Virus record (IMG/VR): IMGVR_UViG_3300028844_003773
Span: 1 to 54,922 of that record
DNA from: a virus
Lineage: Duplodnaviria; Caudoviricetes
DNA: 54,922 nucleotides
Reading direction: 5' to 3' (one strand)
Both the position numbers and the translations under genes were made by a program. Shown here piece after piece: positions 1 through 8,319 of the stretch. Positions within the stretch are counted from its first letter, which is position 1. Every line of letters begins with the position of its first letter. A model generated the notes under the pieces. That model was given only the letters and a program-made list of their open reading frames with translations, did not search any database and was not told the DNA's origin.

Positions 1-74
1 GATCACGTTTTTCTATCAGCAATCCAATGGCACAAACCACATGCGGTTGCGGTAGTTCATTCTCACCATACTAA
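1..74 (+). CDS. erpA: C-terminal end of A-type Fe-S carrier (ErpA/IscA, HesB family), truncated by window edge
   Basis: Frame from nt 3 reads SRFSISNPMAQTTCGCGSSFSPY*, the NPxAxxxCGCGxSF signature. Not in the ORF track. Confidence 0.85.
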   Translation, partial: SRFSISNPMAQTTCGCGSSFSPY

Positions 75-87
75 TTCTCTTTATTGA

Positions 88-93
88 TAAATA
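88..93 (+). promoter_or_regulatory. T4-like late promoter core TAAATA
   Basis: GATAAATAC upstream of SD AAGGA and a fibre gene. The same hexamer recurs upstream of many genes in the window. Confidence 0.65.
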
Positions 94-118
94 CAAGATA
101 TAAGGAACTTACACAAGT

Positions 119-1039
119 ATGGCTATAACAGGAAAACAATCAATTAATGTAGGTCTACCAAACGAATCTGTTGGTAGTGATTCACTATACACTGCATTTA
201 CTAAAACCAATGTAAACTTTGATACATTATTTGCTAATGCAAGTAATTTCAGCACATTTAATCCAGGTGATGCGATTGGTGTGACATCAAATGCAACAAC
301 AGGAACGGTAACTATTACTAATACAGGTGTTGCAAGGTTAATTGCAGGAACAGGTGTAACACTAAGTGGTACTACTGGCAATATAACAATCTCTGCTAAT
401 GGTGGCGGTAATGGAAGTGGCGGTACAGTAACAAGTGTAGGCGTATCTACTTCAAGTAGACTTACTGTTTCAGGAAGTCCGATAGTATCTTCTGGCACAA
501 TTGCTTTAGATTTAGCAACATCAGGTGTAGTAGCAGGATCATATGCACAAGCAAATGTCACAGTAGACGCATACGGTAGAATCACATCTATTGCAAACGG
601 TACTGCAGGTGGTACAGTTACTAGTGTTGGATTAAATCCAAGTACAGGTATATCAGTATCAGGTGGTCCAATTACTACAACAGGTAACATTACAGTTACT
701 AACACTGGTGTTACAAGATTAAATGCCGGAACAGGTATAGCAGTTAGTAGTTCAAACGGAAACGTTACAGTAAGTTCAACCAATCTATCAGACGGCACAG
801 TACAAAGTGTAGGTCTTACTAGTGATACTTTAACAGTAACAGGCGGACCAATTACATCTATTGGTTTAATCGATGTAGAATTTAACAAAGTACCTGTTTA
901 TACTGCCGCAACCGTGCCCGGTACAGGCGTAGTTGGACAATTAATTGCAATTAGTGATAGTACACCTGGTGGTAAGATGGCATATTATGATACAACAAAC
1001 ACACGTTGGTCATATGTCAGTGATGACAGTGCTGTTTAA
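119..1039 (+). CDS. Baseplate/tail fibre protein with T4 gp9/gp10-like N-terminus
   Basis: N-terminus KQSINVG...DSLYTAFTKTNVNFDTLF; G/T/V/S-rich repeats (GTVTSVG, TNTGV). Confidence 0.7.
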   Translation: MAITGKQSINVGLPNESVGSDSLYTAFTKTNVNFDTLFANASNFSTFNPGDAIGVTSNATTGTVTITNTGVARLIAGTGVTLSGTTGNITISANGGGNGSGGTVTSVGVSTSSRLTVSGSPIVSSGTIALDLATSGVVAGSYAQANVTVDAYGRITSIANGTAGGTVTSVGLNPSTGISVSGGPITTTGNITVTNTGVTRLNAGTGIAVSSSNGNVTVSSTNLSDGTVQSVGLTSDTLTVTGGPITSIGLIDVEFNKVPVYTAATVPGTGVVGQLIAISDSTPGGKMAYYDTTNTRWSYVSDDSAV

Positions 1040-1051
1040 CTCGGTAAAAGA

Positions 1052-1057
1052 TAAATA
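1052..1057 (+). promoter_or_regulatory. Late promoter core TAAATA
   Basis: GATAAATAC followed by SD-like AGGGG and ATG at 1081. Confidence 0.65.
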
Positions 1058-1080
1058 CTACTATTAGGGGATAATAGAAC

Positions 1081-3471
1081 ATGGCAACAAACATTAAAAT
1101 TACAGCACTATCAGATATAACAAGTGCAAACATGACCTACAACGATTTATTAGCCGTTGTAGACATGAACGGGACACCAGAAACCAAGAAATCAACTGTA
1201 CAATTAGCAGGTAATTTGATTCTCGCAGGTGCTGGTGGAAGTAACTTTGTACCGGCCGCAGTTGCAACTCTTGCAGGAGATGTAACAAACGCCGCTCAAC
1301 CAAACATTACTTCAGTAGGAAATCTGACAAGTGCAAACGTCACAGGAAATTTAGATGCAGGCAACGTAAACGCAACTACAGCAGTTGTAGCCGCATACTT
1401 CTCAGGTGATGGAGCAAACTTAACAAATTTACCTGCTGGTACAGCAACTAAAATTACAGACGGAACATCTAATGTTGATATCCCCACAACAGATGGAAAC
1501 GTAACTGTAGGCGTTGGTGGTACAGCAGACGTATTGATCGTAACTAGCACAGGTGCTAATGTAACTGGAACATTAAATGCAACAGGCATTATCACAGGTG
1601 ATGCAGGCGGAATATCAAACGTTGTTTATGCTAATGTAACTGGTACACCAACACTAGGTAATATCTCCCCTCTTAACTTAGACGGCAATGTATCTAATGT
1701 TCTCAGAGGAGACGGAACATTTGCCGCAGATGCAGAATCTACATATAGTGACAGCAATGTTGTTACTCTATTAAATGCATTCGGCTCTAACACAATTACA
1801 ACAACCGGTCTCGTTACTGCTGACGGTGGCGGAATATCAAACGTCCCATATGCAAACGTAACTGGTACACCTACATTAGGCAACATTTCAACTATCGACA
1901 TCGATGGATCTGGATCAAACGTATTATACGGTAACGGAGTTTTTGCTCCTGCGACAAGTCCAGCATTAACTGGAGACGGTTATCAATTATCAAACATTAC
2001 AGGTGCAAACGTTTCTGGAGAAGTATCATTCGCGGCTACTGCTAACGCAGTTGCTGGTGCTAATGTATCTGGAGAAGTCACAAACGCCGCTACAGCAAAT
2101 GCAGTAGCAGGTGCTAATGTAAGTGGTGAAGTCGGATTCTCAGCAGTTTCTAACTCAGTAGCCGGAGCAAATGTCTCCGGTGAAGTTACTTTTGCCGCAA
2201 CAGCAAACGCAGTTGCTTATGCAAATGTTTCAGGTACACCTACTTTAGGTAATATTTCAACAATCGATATTGACGGTGATGCCGCTAATGTCTTATATGG
2301 TAATGGAGTATTTGCGGCCGCAACGAGTCCAGCATTAACTGGAGATGGTTATCAATTATCAAACATTACAGGTGCTAATGTAAGTGGCGAAGTCGGATTT
2401 GCCGCAGTTGCAAACGCAGTTGCTTTGGCAAACGTATCAGGCGCAGGTAACATTGCGTCAATCAACATTGACGGAGCAGCCGGGAACGTACTATATGGTA
2501 ACGGTGTGTTCGCCGCGGCCCCAGGTGGCAGTACATACGGTGATTCAAACGTTGTTACTTTATTAGGTGCATTTAGTGCTAACCCAATTACAACAACTGG
2601 ATTAATCACAGGTGATGGTGGCGGTCTATCTAATATCGCAGGTGCAAACGTAACTGGAACAATCAATACAGCAGTTCTTGCACAAGAAGTAATCAATTCA
2701 GCACAACCAAATATCGGATCTGTTGGTACTTTAACAGCACTAAATGTTAATGATACAATCGTATCAGTAGGCTTGACAGCAAACACAGGCGACATTACAG
2801 TAACAGCAGGCGTATTTGCAGGTGACGGTGGAAGCATTTCTAACGTAGTCGGTGCTAATGTAACAGGTGAAGTTGGATTCTCAGCAGTTGCTAATAGTGT
2901 TGCTATCGCAAACGTATCTGGTGCAGGTAATATTGCAACAGTTAACTTAGACGGTAACACAGCAAATTACTTAGACGGTACAGGTTCATGGGGACCAGTT
3001 ACAGCAACTAGTGCTACAACAGCAGGTACTGTAACAACAGCCGCACAGCCTAACATTACTAGTCTCGGTACTTTAGTAGACTTAACTGTAACAGGAAACA
3101 TTGCAGGTGCAAACATCAATGCAAACACAAACGGATTTGCAATAGGTTATAAAGAAATTCCCCCTGTAGTATTATCAGCAAATGATACAATCGCACTTGA
3201 AGATTCAGGTAAACATTTCAGATCAACAACAGCAGGAAATATTACATTATCAATTCCAACAAACGCAACTGTTGCATTCCCAACAGGAACAGCAATTAGT
3301 ATTGTTGAACAAGCCGCAGGTAACATTCTAGTTAATGCTATCTCTGGTGTAACTCTTTATCAAGCAGGTAATTCAACTGCAGGTAACAGAGTGATTTCAA
3401 CATATGGAGTTGCGACATTAATGAAAGTTGATACTGATACATGGTTTATTAGCGGCACCGGAGTAAGTTAA
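1081..3471 (+). CDS. Long tail fibre with repeats and C-terminal tip-docking domain
   Basis: AAQPNITSVG and GANVSGEVxFAATANAVA repeats. C-terminal domain ...YGVATLMKVDTDTWFISGTGVS resembles those of marine phage fibres. Confidence 0.8.
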   Translation: MATNIKITALSDITSANMTYNDLLAVVDMNGTPETKKSTVQLAGNLILAGAGGSNFVPAAVATLAGDVTNAAQPNITSVGNLTSANVTGNLDAGNVNATTAVVAAYFSGDGANLTNLPAGTATKITDGTSNVDIPTTDGNVTVGVGGTADVLIVTSTGANVTGTLNATGIITGDAGGISNVVYANVTGTPTLGNISPLNLDGNVSNVLRGDGTFAADAESTYSDSNVVTLLNAFGSNTITTTGLVTADGGGISNVPYANVTGTPTLGNISTIDIDGSGSNVLYGNGVFAPATSPALTGDGYQLSNITGANVSGEVSFAATANAVAGANVSGEVTNAATANAVAGANVSGEVGFSAVSNSVAGANVSGEVTFAATANAVAYANVSGTPTLGNISTIDIDGDAANVLYGNGVFAAATSPALTGDGYQLSNITGANVSGEVGFAAVANAVALANVSGAGNIASINIDGAAGNVLYGNGVFAAAPGGSTYGDSNVVTLLGAFSANPITTTGLITGDGGGLSNIAGANVTGTINTAVLAQEVINSAQPNIGSVGTLTALNVNDTIVSVGLTANTGDITVTAGVFAGDGGSISNVVGANVTGEVGFSAVANSVAIANVSGAGNIATVNLDGNTANYLDGTGSWGPVTATSATTAGTVTTAAQPNITSLGTLVDLTVTGNIAGANINANTNGFAIGYKEIPPVVLSANDTIALEDSGKHFRSTTAGNITLSIPTNATVAFPTGTAISIVEQAAGNILVNAISGVTLYQAGNSTAGNRVISTYGVATLMKVDTDTWFISGTGVS
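1849..2424 (+). repeat. Internal duplication of about 69 codons (1849-2055 and 2218-2424) plus 18-aa tandem repeats
   Basis: YANVxGTPTLGNISTIDIDG...NVLYGNGVFA.ATSPALTGDGYQLSNITGANVSGEV occurs twice. Confidence 0.85.
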
Positions 3472-3489
3472 ATGGCAGGCGCATTGATG
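3456..3489 (+). repeat. 34-bp direct repeat, copy 1
   Basis: CACCGGAGTAAGTTAAATGGCAGGCGCATTGATG spans the fibre stop codon and the start of the next gene. Confidence 0.95.
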
Positions 3490-4284
3490 ATGGCGCAAAT
3501 GTCTTGGCATAGTGCTGAAACCGAATTATTATCTCCCACAAATCTTGGAGCAGATGTCTGGGTTGACTTCAGTGATCCAACATCATACACTACAGTAGGA
3601 AGCACAATCACAGCCGTAACAGATAAAGCAAGTAACTTTACAATAACGGTTGACGGTACACCAACTACTGGCACCACACTAAACAGTTTGGCTACAGGAA
3701 CTTTTGACGGTAATGAAAGTCTTATTAGTACTGGAACTGGTCCTTATGCAGATAGTGGAAATCATTATGCAGTAGGCATTTTTCAATGGGCAAGTACTAC
3801 TAGTACAAGAGATAGTTTTTGGAGTGCTGATGGTAGCAGAACTTATGCAGTCAGCAGTAGTGATTCTAGTAACGGTTGGCCTGGCGAAATTGATTATGAT
3901 GGATCTAATAGTATTTCATCAGGTAAAGCAAAACAAAACTTTACAGTATCCGTTTCGCAAAACACTTGGACTATAGTTAGTACATCATTTAATAAAACAG
4001 GTGATGAAATCTTTGGTAGAATAAACGGTTCTCAAGCCTCAGCAGGTGATCCATATACTAACTCTATGAATACTACAGCAGACTTTAGATTAATGCGTAA
4101 CAGAGCCTCTGTTGAATTAGCAGGTAAAGCCGCTGAATTCTTTTGGGTAGCAGGACCTACAGGCACAGGTGGTACTGATATTTCTAACGTAGAAAAAGCA
4201 GAAGGTTACATAGCATGGAAATGGGGACTACAAGGTAACTTACCAGTAAGTCACCCATACAAAACTGCCGCACCCACGACATGA
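3472..4284 (+). CDS. Putative fibre-tip protein A, LamG/ConA-like lectin fold
   Basis: Starts MAGALM; S/T/G-rich beta pattern, W-x-D motif (VWVDFSD); C-terminal EGYIAWKWGLQGNLPVSHPYK. Confidence 0.6.
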   Translation: MAGALMMAQMSWHSAETELLSPTNLGADVWVDFSDPTSYTTVGSTITAVTDKASNFTITVDGTPTTGTTLNSLATGTFDGNESLISTGTGPYADSGNHYAVGIFQWASTTSTRDSFWSADGSRTYAVSSSDSSNGWPGEIDYDGSNSISSGKAKQNFTVSVSQNTWTIVSTSFNKTGDEIFGRINGSQASAGDPYTNSMNTTADFRLMRNRASVELAGKAAEFFWVAGPTGTGGTDISNVEKAEGYIAWKWGLQGNLPVSHPYKTAAPTT

Positions 4285-4285
4285 A

Positions 4286-4319
4286 CACCGGAGTAAGTTA
4301 AATGGCAGGCGCATTGATG
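4286..4319 (+). repeat. 34-bp direct repeat, copy 2
   Basis: Identical to 3456-3489, 830 bp downstream. Confidence 0.95.
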
Positions 4320-5276
4320 GTGTCTCAAATGAACTCTCACAGAGACCCAGAATACTTTAGCGGCCCGCTCGGTGATGTTGTCGGTGACGGCAGTGATTTC
4401 TTTAAACGTGAAGTTTCAACTAACGGTACAAGAATTATGGCGGCTGGTGCTGTAGGTGGTCAACTAGCAGTTCCTGATGTTTGGTTAGAAAAAGTTGCCC
4501 GCATGTTTCAATTATTCACAGATCCAACAGGTGCAGGTATTAACATTAACTTACAAAGACAATTTATTCAAACACTAAGCGGAGATAGAGAAACTTATCA
4601 TGTAGGTTTCCCAACTCTACAAAGAGTAGCAAGAGGAGCAGGAGATGATTACACTCCAAACTTCTTAACTGATGCGGGAATTATTAGTTGGAACCTAACA
4701 AACTTATACGACACTCACGTACAAAATGATATGGTGTGGTATTTAAATTCGTCAGGTGATGGATACGGTGACGGTGATACAGATGCACAGGAAGTTATTG
4801 AACACGTAATGCATACATTACACATGTGCGGCTTACCTGCAGAAGATATAAAATTATATCCTTACATAAGTTCTGATTGGAACACTAGTGATTTGTACAA
4901 TGCAATGGTACAAGCATATGATGCAGGCAAGTGGGATCCATCAGGATATGAACCAAGTCCCGGTGCATTCAAAACTGACCCTGATGCGTTTGAATTAGCC
5001 GCAAAAGAATACTTGTATCTACTAAACTTTTGTATGTTTGACTACTCAGATTTATGGGAGGGAGGAAGTTTATCTCCGGAATGGACAGACGATATGCGTA
5101 CACCATCAGGCATTCAAACAAATAATGCATTAGGTTATGCATTTTTTAACACATGGATTGCCCCAGTTATCAGTAAGCCATCACTTGTTACTATCAGAAG
5201 TATATTTGGAGATGGCAACACACCAGCACAAGACGATCCTAGCCTATCAGGTTCATCAGGATATGTTCCTGGCTAA
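4302..5276 (+). CDS. Putative fibre-tip protein B with zincin-like motif
   Basis: Same MAGALM start, then unrelated sequence. EVIEHVMHTLH and a downstream KEY suggest a metal-binding hydrolase domain. Confidence 0.55.
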   Translation: MAGALMVSQMNSHRDPEYFSGPLGDVVGDGSDFFKREVSTNGTRIMAAGAVGGQLAVPDVWLEKVARMFQLFTDPTGAGININLQRQFIQTLSGDRETYHVGFPTLQRVARGAGDDYTPNFLTDAGIISWNLTNLYDTHVQNDMVWYLNSSGDGYGDGDTDAQEVIEHVMHTLHMCGLPAEDIKLYPYISSDWNTSDLYNAMVQAYDAGKWDPSGYEPSPGAFKTDPDAFELAAKEYLYLLNFCMFDYSDLWEGGSLSPEWTDDMRTPSGIQTNNALGYAFFNTWIAPVISKPSLVTIRSIFGDGNTPAQDDPSLSGSSGYVPG

Positions 5277-5288
5277 ATTTTACCCAAT

Positions 5289-5315
5289 AAAAAAGGGCCC
5301 GAAAGCCCTTTTTTT
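5289..5315. terminator. Bidirectional intrinsic terminator
   Basis: AAAAAAGGGC-CCGAAA-GCCCTTTTTTT between convergent genes. Confidence 0.85.
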
Positions 5316-5328
5316 GTGGCTGTTGTTA

Positions 5329-5682
5329 TTAACTAACTACAGCATTCAACACTGATTCTAATGTATCAGCATCTTGCTTACCGCGTTCACGGATAGCATC
5401 AAGTGACATGGTCACTTTTACTTTACCAGATGTCTTAGAACGATCTGCAATCGCATCTGAGATCGTTGCTTGATCTTCAGGTGACGAGAACATGTCATGC
5501 GTAAGCATGAATTCTAGTGCATCTAGTTTAGTCATTGATTCAGGTAGAGAGATAAACTCGCAACGAGTTGCACCGCCCTTGCTGAATTGCTTGACACGCC
5601 TAACCATGTCATCTGTGAATCGGACTTTTGAATTACCGTTGTGTTCAGTAATACCAACTACCGAAAAAGTTTGAGTTGTCAT
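5329..5682 (-). CDS. Hypothetical phage protein (early region)
   Basis: 117-aa ORF with SD AGGAGA. Confidence 0.75.
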   Translation of the reverse strand: MTTQTFSVVGITEHNGNSKVRFTDDMVRRVKQFSKGGATRCEFISLPESMTKLDALEFMLTHDMFSSPEDQATISDAIADRSKTSGKVKVTMSLDAIRERGKQDADTLESVLNAVVS

Positions 5683-5775
5683 AATGTTTCTCCTAAAATA
5701 TAAACTAAGTTTAACTCATTAAAATACATGCAACTCCCATTGCATACCTTTGTGGCATTATTGCCACAAATTCTG

Positions 5776-5949
5776 TTACACCCTTGAGGCGTATTCGTTG
5801 ATCAACTGACTGCCGTACAATGATTTGAAGATATTACTAGCCTCAAATGCATTTGCCGCAGTACAGTATACTCTTTGAGGATACCCGTTGATGTTAGCCA
5901 CAGTCCACCATTCATGTAGACTGTTGCTATATTGACTTGATGCCTGCAT
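5776..5949 (-). CDS. Small hypothetical protein (57 aa)
   Basis: MQASSQYSNSLHEWWTVANINGYPQRVYC...EYASRV*; TAATG coupling and SD GGAGG. Below the ORF-track cutoff. Confidence 0.7.
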   Translation of the reverse strand: MQASSQYSNSLHEWWTVANINGYPQRVYCTAANAFEASNIFKSLYGSQLINEYASRV

Positions 5950-6224
5950 TACACTACCTCCAGCATTGACAGGGGAACATTGTATCGTCCACCTCTCATT
6001 TCAACAATTGCTTTTTTGATGTTGACTTTTACAACAACACCCTGTTCACGTTTAGTCTTTTGAACAATCCAAACATTATCTCCTACTGAGATAGAACGTT
6101 TAGCATTGCTTACGGATACAGATACGATGAAAGAACGCAACTCATTCAATTGCTGAAGATCAAAATGACCTTTGCTAATTGCTGATTTGATATCATCCAA
6201 CTTCTGATTACTTGTTATTGACAT
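5949..6224 (-). CDS. Small protein with SH3/KOW-like C-terminus
   Basis: ISVGDNVW...GVVVKVNIKKAIVE...YNVPLSML; SD AAGGAG. Confidence 0.7.
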   Translation of the reverse strand: MSITSNQKLDDIKSAISKGHFDLQQLNELRSFIVSVSVSNAKRSISVGDNVWIVQKTKREQGVVVKVNIKKAIVEMRGGRYNVPLSMLEVV

Positions 6225-6255
6225 AAACTTCTCCTTTGATTTAATTTATACAACT

Positions 6256-6284
6256 ATTATAGCAAAACGGGTACCCAATGTCAA
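6256..6284 (-). promoter_or_regulatory. Early sigma70 promoter
   Basis: TTGACA-17 bp-TATAAT with an upstream A-tract; spacer TTGGGTACCCG... Confidence 0.9.
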
Positions 6285-6292
6285 GCCTTTTT

Positions 6293-6556
6293 TTAATATT
6301 TTTGACATTTTTTTAGTGCCCATTTTTCGACTACAGGAAGACCAAATTCGTCTTCATCGACACAAACATACGCAACAGTCTTTTTGACCAAACCATATCG
6401 GTATGGAGAGCCGATAGTATCACCTACCCAAATTTTGTGGGGGAAGTCCTCACAAAACACCATATGATCATCATTTACAGACCATTCAAAGTAGTTACCA
6501 CATTCCTTTTCAGTGAAAACACCGATAGGATTGACGGTATGCGTATAATAAGCCAT
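6293..6556 (-). CDS. Hypothetical protein
   Basis: 87-aa ORF with SD AAGGA. Confidence 0.7.
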   Translation of the reverse strand: MAYYTHTVNPIGVFTEKECGNYFEWSVNDDHMVFCEDFPHKIWVGDTIGSPYRYGLVKKTVAYVCVDEDEFGLPVVEKWALKKCQKY

Positions 6557-6566
6557 GAAGTATTCC

Positions 6567-6800
6567 TTAAGCGGTTACGAGACGATCAGCAAGAGTGATC
6601 TTGCCAGTATAGCAATCAGCCAGATAGTCAAATTGCTCAATGTAATCAATGTTAGCAGGGAGATCAGAATTGCTATCTGCTAGATCCATGTAACAATCTG
6701 CATCGACAAAGTTCCAGTTGATAGAACCATCTTTGTTGATGTTTTCAGCAGTAGTAACTGCTCGGTTGAAGGCTTTTGCTAGTTGAGTGTTGATTTGCAT
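6567..6800 (-). CDS. Hypothetical protein
   Basis: 77-aa ORF with SD AAGGG, directly downstream of an early promoter. Confidence 0.7.
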   Translation of the reverse strand: MQINTQLAKAFNRAVTTAENINKDGSINWNFVDADCYMDLADSNSDLPANIDYIEQFDYLADCYTGKITLADRLVTA

Positions 6801-6834
6801 ATATTTCCCTTTCCTTTATTGTTTAATATAATAT

Positions 6835-6863
6835 ATTATACTGGATTGGGTACCCAATGTCAA
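6835..6863 (-). promoter_or_regulatory. Early sigma70 promoter
   Basis: TTGACA-17 bp-TATAAT; spacer holds the palindrome TTGGGTACCCAA. Confidence 0.9.
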
Positions 6864-6903
6864 CCTTTTTCTTCAAAAAAGTGAAATTAAATTGTCTTAT
6901 AAA

Positions 6904-7503
6904 TCAATAGATTGCATCATTTGTGTAAAAAACATGCCTTCCTACAGTAGCCACATGCGTCATTTTGCGTGACCAATGAGGTTTTACATAGTCTGCATGG
7001 TAATATCTGACGTTTTCTAGCCCATCGACACGATATCCTTTGTCCATAACTTGCCGGGCAATTTCATATGATTTGTCCCAATTGGCTCCTTTTGGGCGTG
7101 TCCAATGTCGGGACCTTTTATTTGCCCACGAAAACTGATATCTATCTAGTACTACTTTACAGACAGTATTGGGATATTGGCGACTTGCTACACGATTAAG
7201 AGTAACTTGAGCCACAGCATATTTGCCTATATCTGGCTCTATACCTGCTTCATGGAAGATATTTTTTGCTAGACAGAATACATCTATATCTTCATACACC
7301 ATTTCAGAGTTATCTACAATTACAACTTGAGGTGCCATATCTTCTTTAATTATCTTGGTCTCACGTACAGGAACTTCGATAATGATGATTTCGGGTTGGA
7401 TGTATTGCACTTGGGGTGCAGGTGTGGATACGGGTTCGATAAGTTTTGATACACTAAACACCATCAAAACTAGTACACAGGCTTTTATTAGAGTCTGTTT
7501 CAT
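6904..7503 (-). CDS. Cell wall hydrolase, SleB/Hydrolase_2 family, with N-terminal anchor
   Basis: CLAKNIFHEA, AVAQVTLNRV, QFSW, YYHADYVKPHW and VGRHVFY motifs. Confidence 0.9.
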   Translation of the reverse strand: MKQTLIKACVLVLMVFSVSKLIEPVSTPAPQVQYIQPEIIIIEVPVRETKIIKEDMAPQVVIVDNSEMVYEDIDVFCLAKNIFHEAGIEPDIGKYAVAQVTLNRVASRQYPNTVCKVVLDRYQFSWANKRSRHWTRPKGANWDKSYEIARQVMDKGYRVDGLENVRYYHADYVKPHWSRKMTHVATVGRHVFYTNDAIY

Positions 7504-7622
7504 GTTAATCTCCTTTGCAATAGAGTAATATTATTTACTTAATGCATGAGTTTCCAATATTTTACTATATAGACCTGTGCTAATCAATAGTTAATGGGTA
7601 GATTTCAATGACCTACACATTT

Positions 7623-7805
7623 TCATGTGCCCAAATCTTTTTTGATGTCTTGTTTTTGCTTTTTTCTAAAACGTTTGTTATATTGTTGTTTAATCTTTTT
7701 TGCAACACCAGAACGAGTTAGATAAACATAATATTTACGAGCAGATGTTAGTGCATCAAATTCTGCGCCGGCATTCATAGGGATCCTTTCTTTTTTCTTA
7801 GCCAT
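7623..7805 (-). CDS. Small basic hypothetical protein
   Basis: MAKKKERIPM...; SD GGAG fits the ATG at 7805 better than the ORF-track start. Confidence 0.65.
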   Translation of the reverse strand: MAKKKERIPMNAGAEFDALTSARKYYVYLTRSGVAKKIKQQYNKRFRKKQKQDIKKDLGT

Positions 7806-7962
7806 ATTTGTACTCCACAAATGTGTAGAACTTAAAACATAAAAACGAAATGTCTAAGCAATACTCATGTATACTTATAGAGACTGACGGAAGCAAGTAA
7901 ATAGTTTTTTCATGCGTCCACTGATTACTAAATTTATACACCCTTCTTTTATATGCTTTCAT
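7798..7962 (-). CDS. Small hypothetical protein (54 aa)
   Basis: MKAYKRRVYKFSNQW...EYKYG* with SD AGGAGA. Confidence 0.65.
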   Translation of the reverse strand: MKAYKRRVYKFSNQWTHEKTIYLLPSVSISIHEYCLDISFLCFKFYTFVEYKYG

Positions 7963-7979
7963 TTTCTTCTCCTAAAAGT

Positions 7980-8056
7980 TGGTGGGCCCACTAGGACTTG
8001 AACCTAGACTCTACCGATTATGAGTCGGTTGCATTAACCAGTTATGCTATAGGCCC
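7980..8056 (-). tRNA. tRNA-Ile2 (CAU, lysidine type); Met not excluded
   Basis: Cloverleaf, anticodon loop CUCAUAA, encoded CCA. C4:G69 and C5:G68 are the TilS determinants. Confidence 0.85.
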
Positions 8057-8059
8057 AAA

Positions 8060-8134
8060 TGGGGAGGGGCAGAGTGACAGGGTTTGCATGTCTCAAGCAT
8101 CCGATTGAGGCTAGTGTTGTTCTAGCCGTACCCC
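8060..8134 (-). ncRNA. tRNA-like four-way-junction RNA ending in CCA, no D/T-loop consensus
   Basis: Closing stem GGGGUA/UGCCCC; abutting hairpins GGCUAG/CUAGCC, UCAA/UUGA, GACA/UGUC; 4-nt and 3-nt spacers to the flanking tRNAs. Confidence 0.6.
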
Positions 8135-8138
8135 AATT

Positions 8139-8214
8139 TGGCCCGCCCTCCAGGATTCGAACCTGGGACCTACTGCTTAGAAGGCAGTTGTTCTATCCAC
8201 TGAACTAAGAGCGG
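8139..8214 (-). tRNA. tRNA-Arg (UCU)
   Basis: Cloverleaf, loop CUUCUAA, GGUUCGAAUCC, CCA. Confidence 0.95.
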
Positions 8215-8242
8215 TAAAACTTTTCCTTATGTTGATTGATCT

Positions 8243-8319
8243 TGGCGCGCCTGGAAGGATTCGAACCTCCGACTTCCTGGTTCGTAGCCAGGTACTCTAT
8301 CCAACTGAGTTACAGGCGC
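8243..8319 (-). tRNA. tRNA-Arg (ACG)
   Basis: Cloverleaf, loop CUACGAA, CCA. Confidence 0.95.

Noticed and set aside
109-2960. Long minus-strand ORFs opposite the fibre genes
   Set aside because: Antisense shadows of codon-biased G/T/V/A-rich genes, with no SD or motifs. The same applies to plus-strand ORFs within 37526-50053.
3469-3474. Stop read-through fusing fibre and tip (TAA ATG in frame)
   Set aside because: An SD (GGAG) precedes the ATG and the same unit starts the second tip gene independently.
3456-4319. 34-bp repeat as a CRISPR repeat or a DGR TR/VR pair
   Set aside because: Only two copies with a 796-bp gap; flanking mismatches are not adenine-specific; no cas or reverse transcriptase gene in the window.
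8060-8134. tmRNA piece or tRNA-Sec
   Set aside because: No T-arm consensus, tag ORF or UCA anticodon. Kept as an unknown ncRNA.
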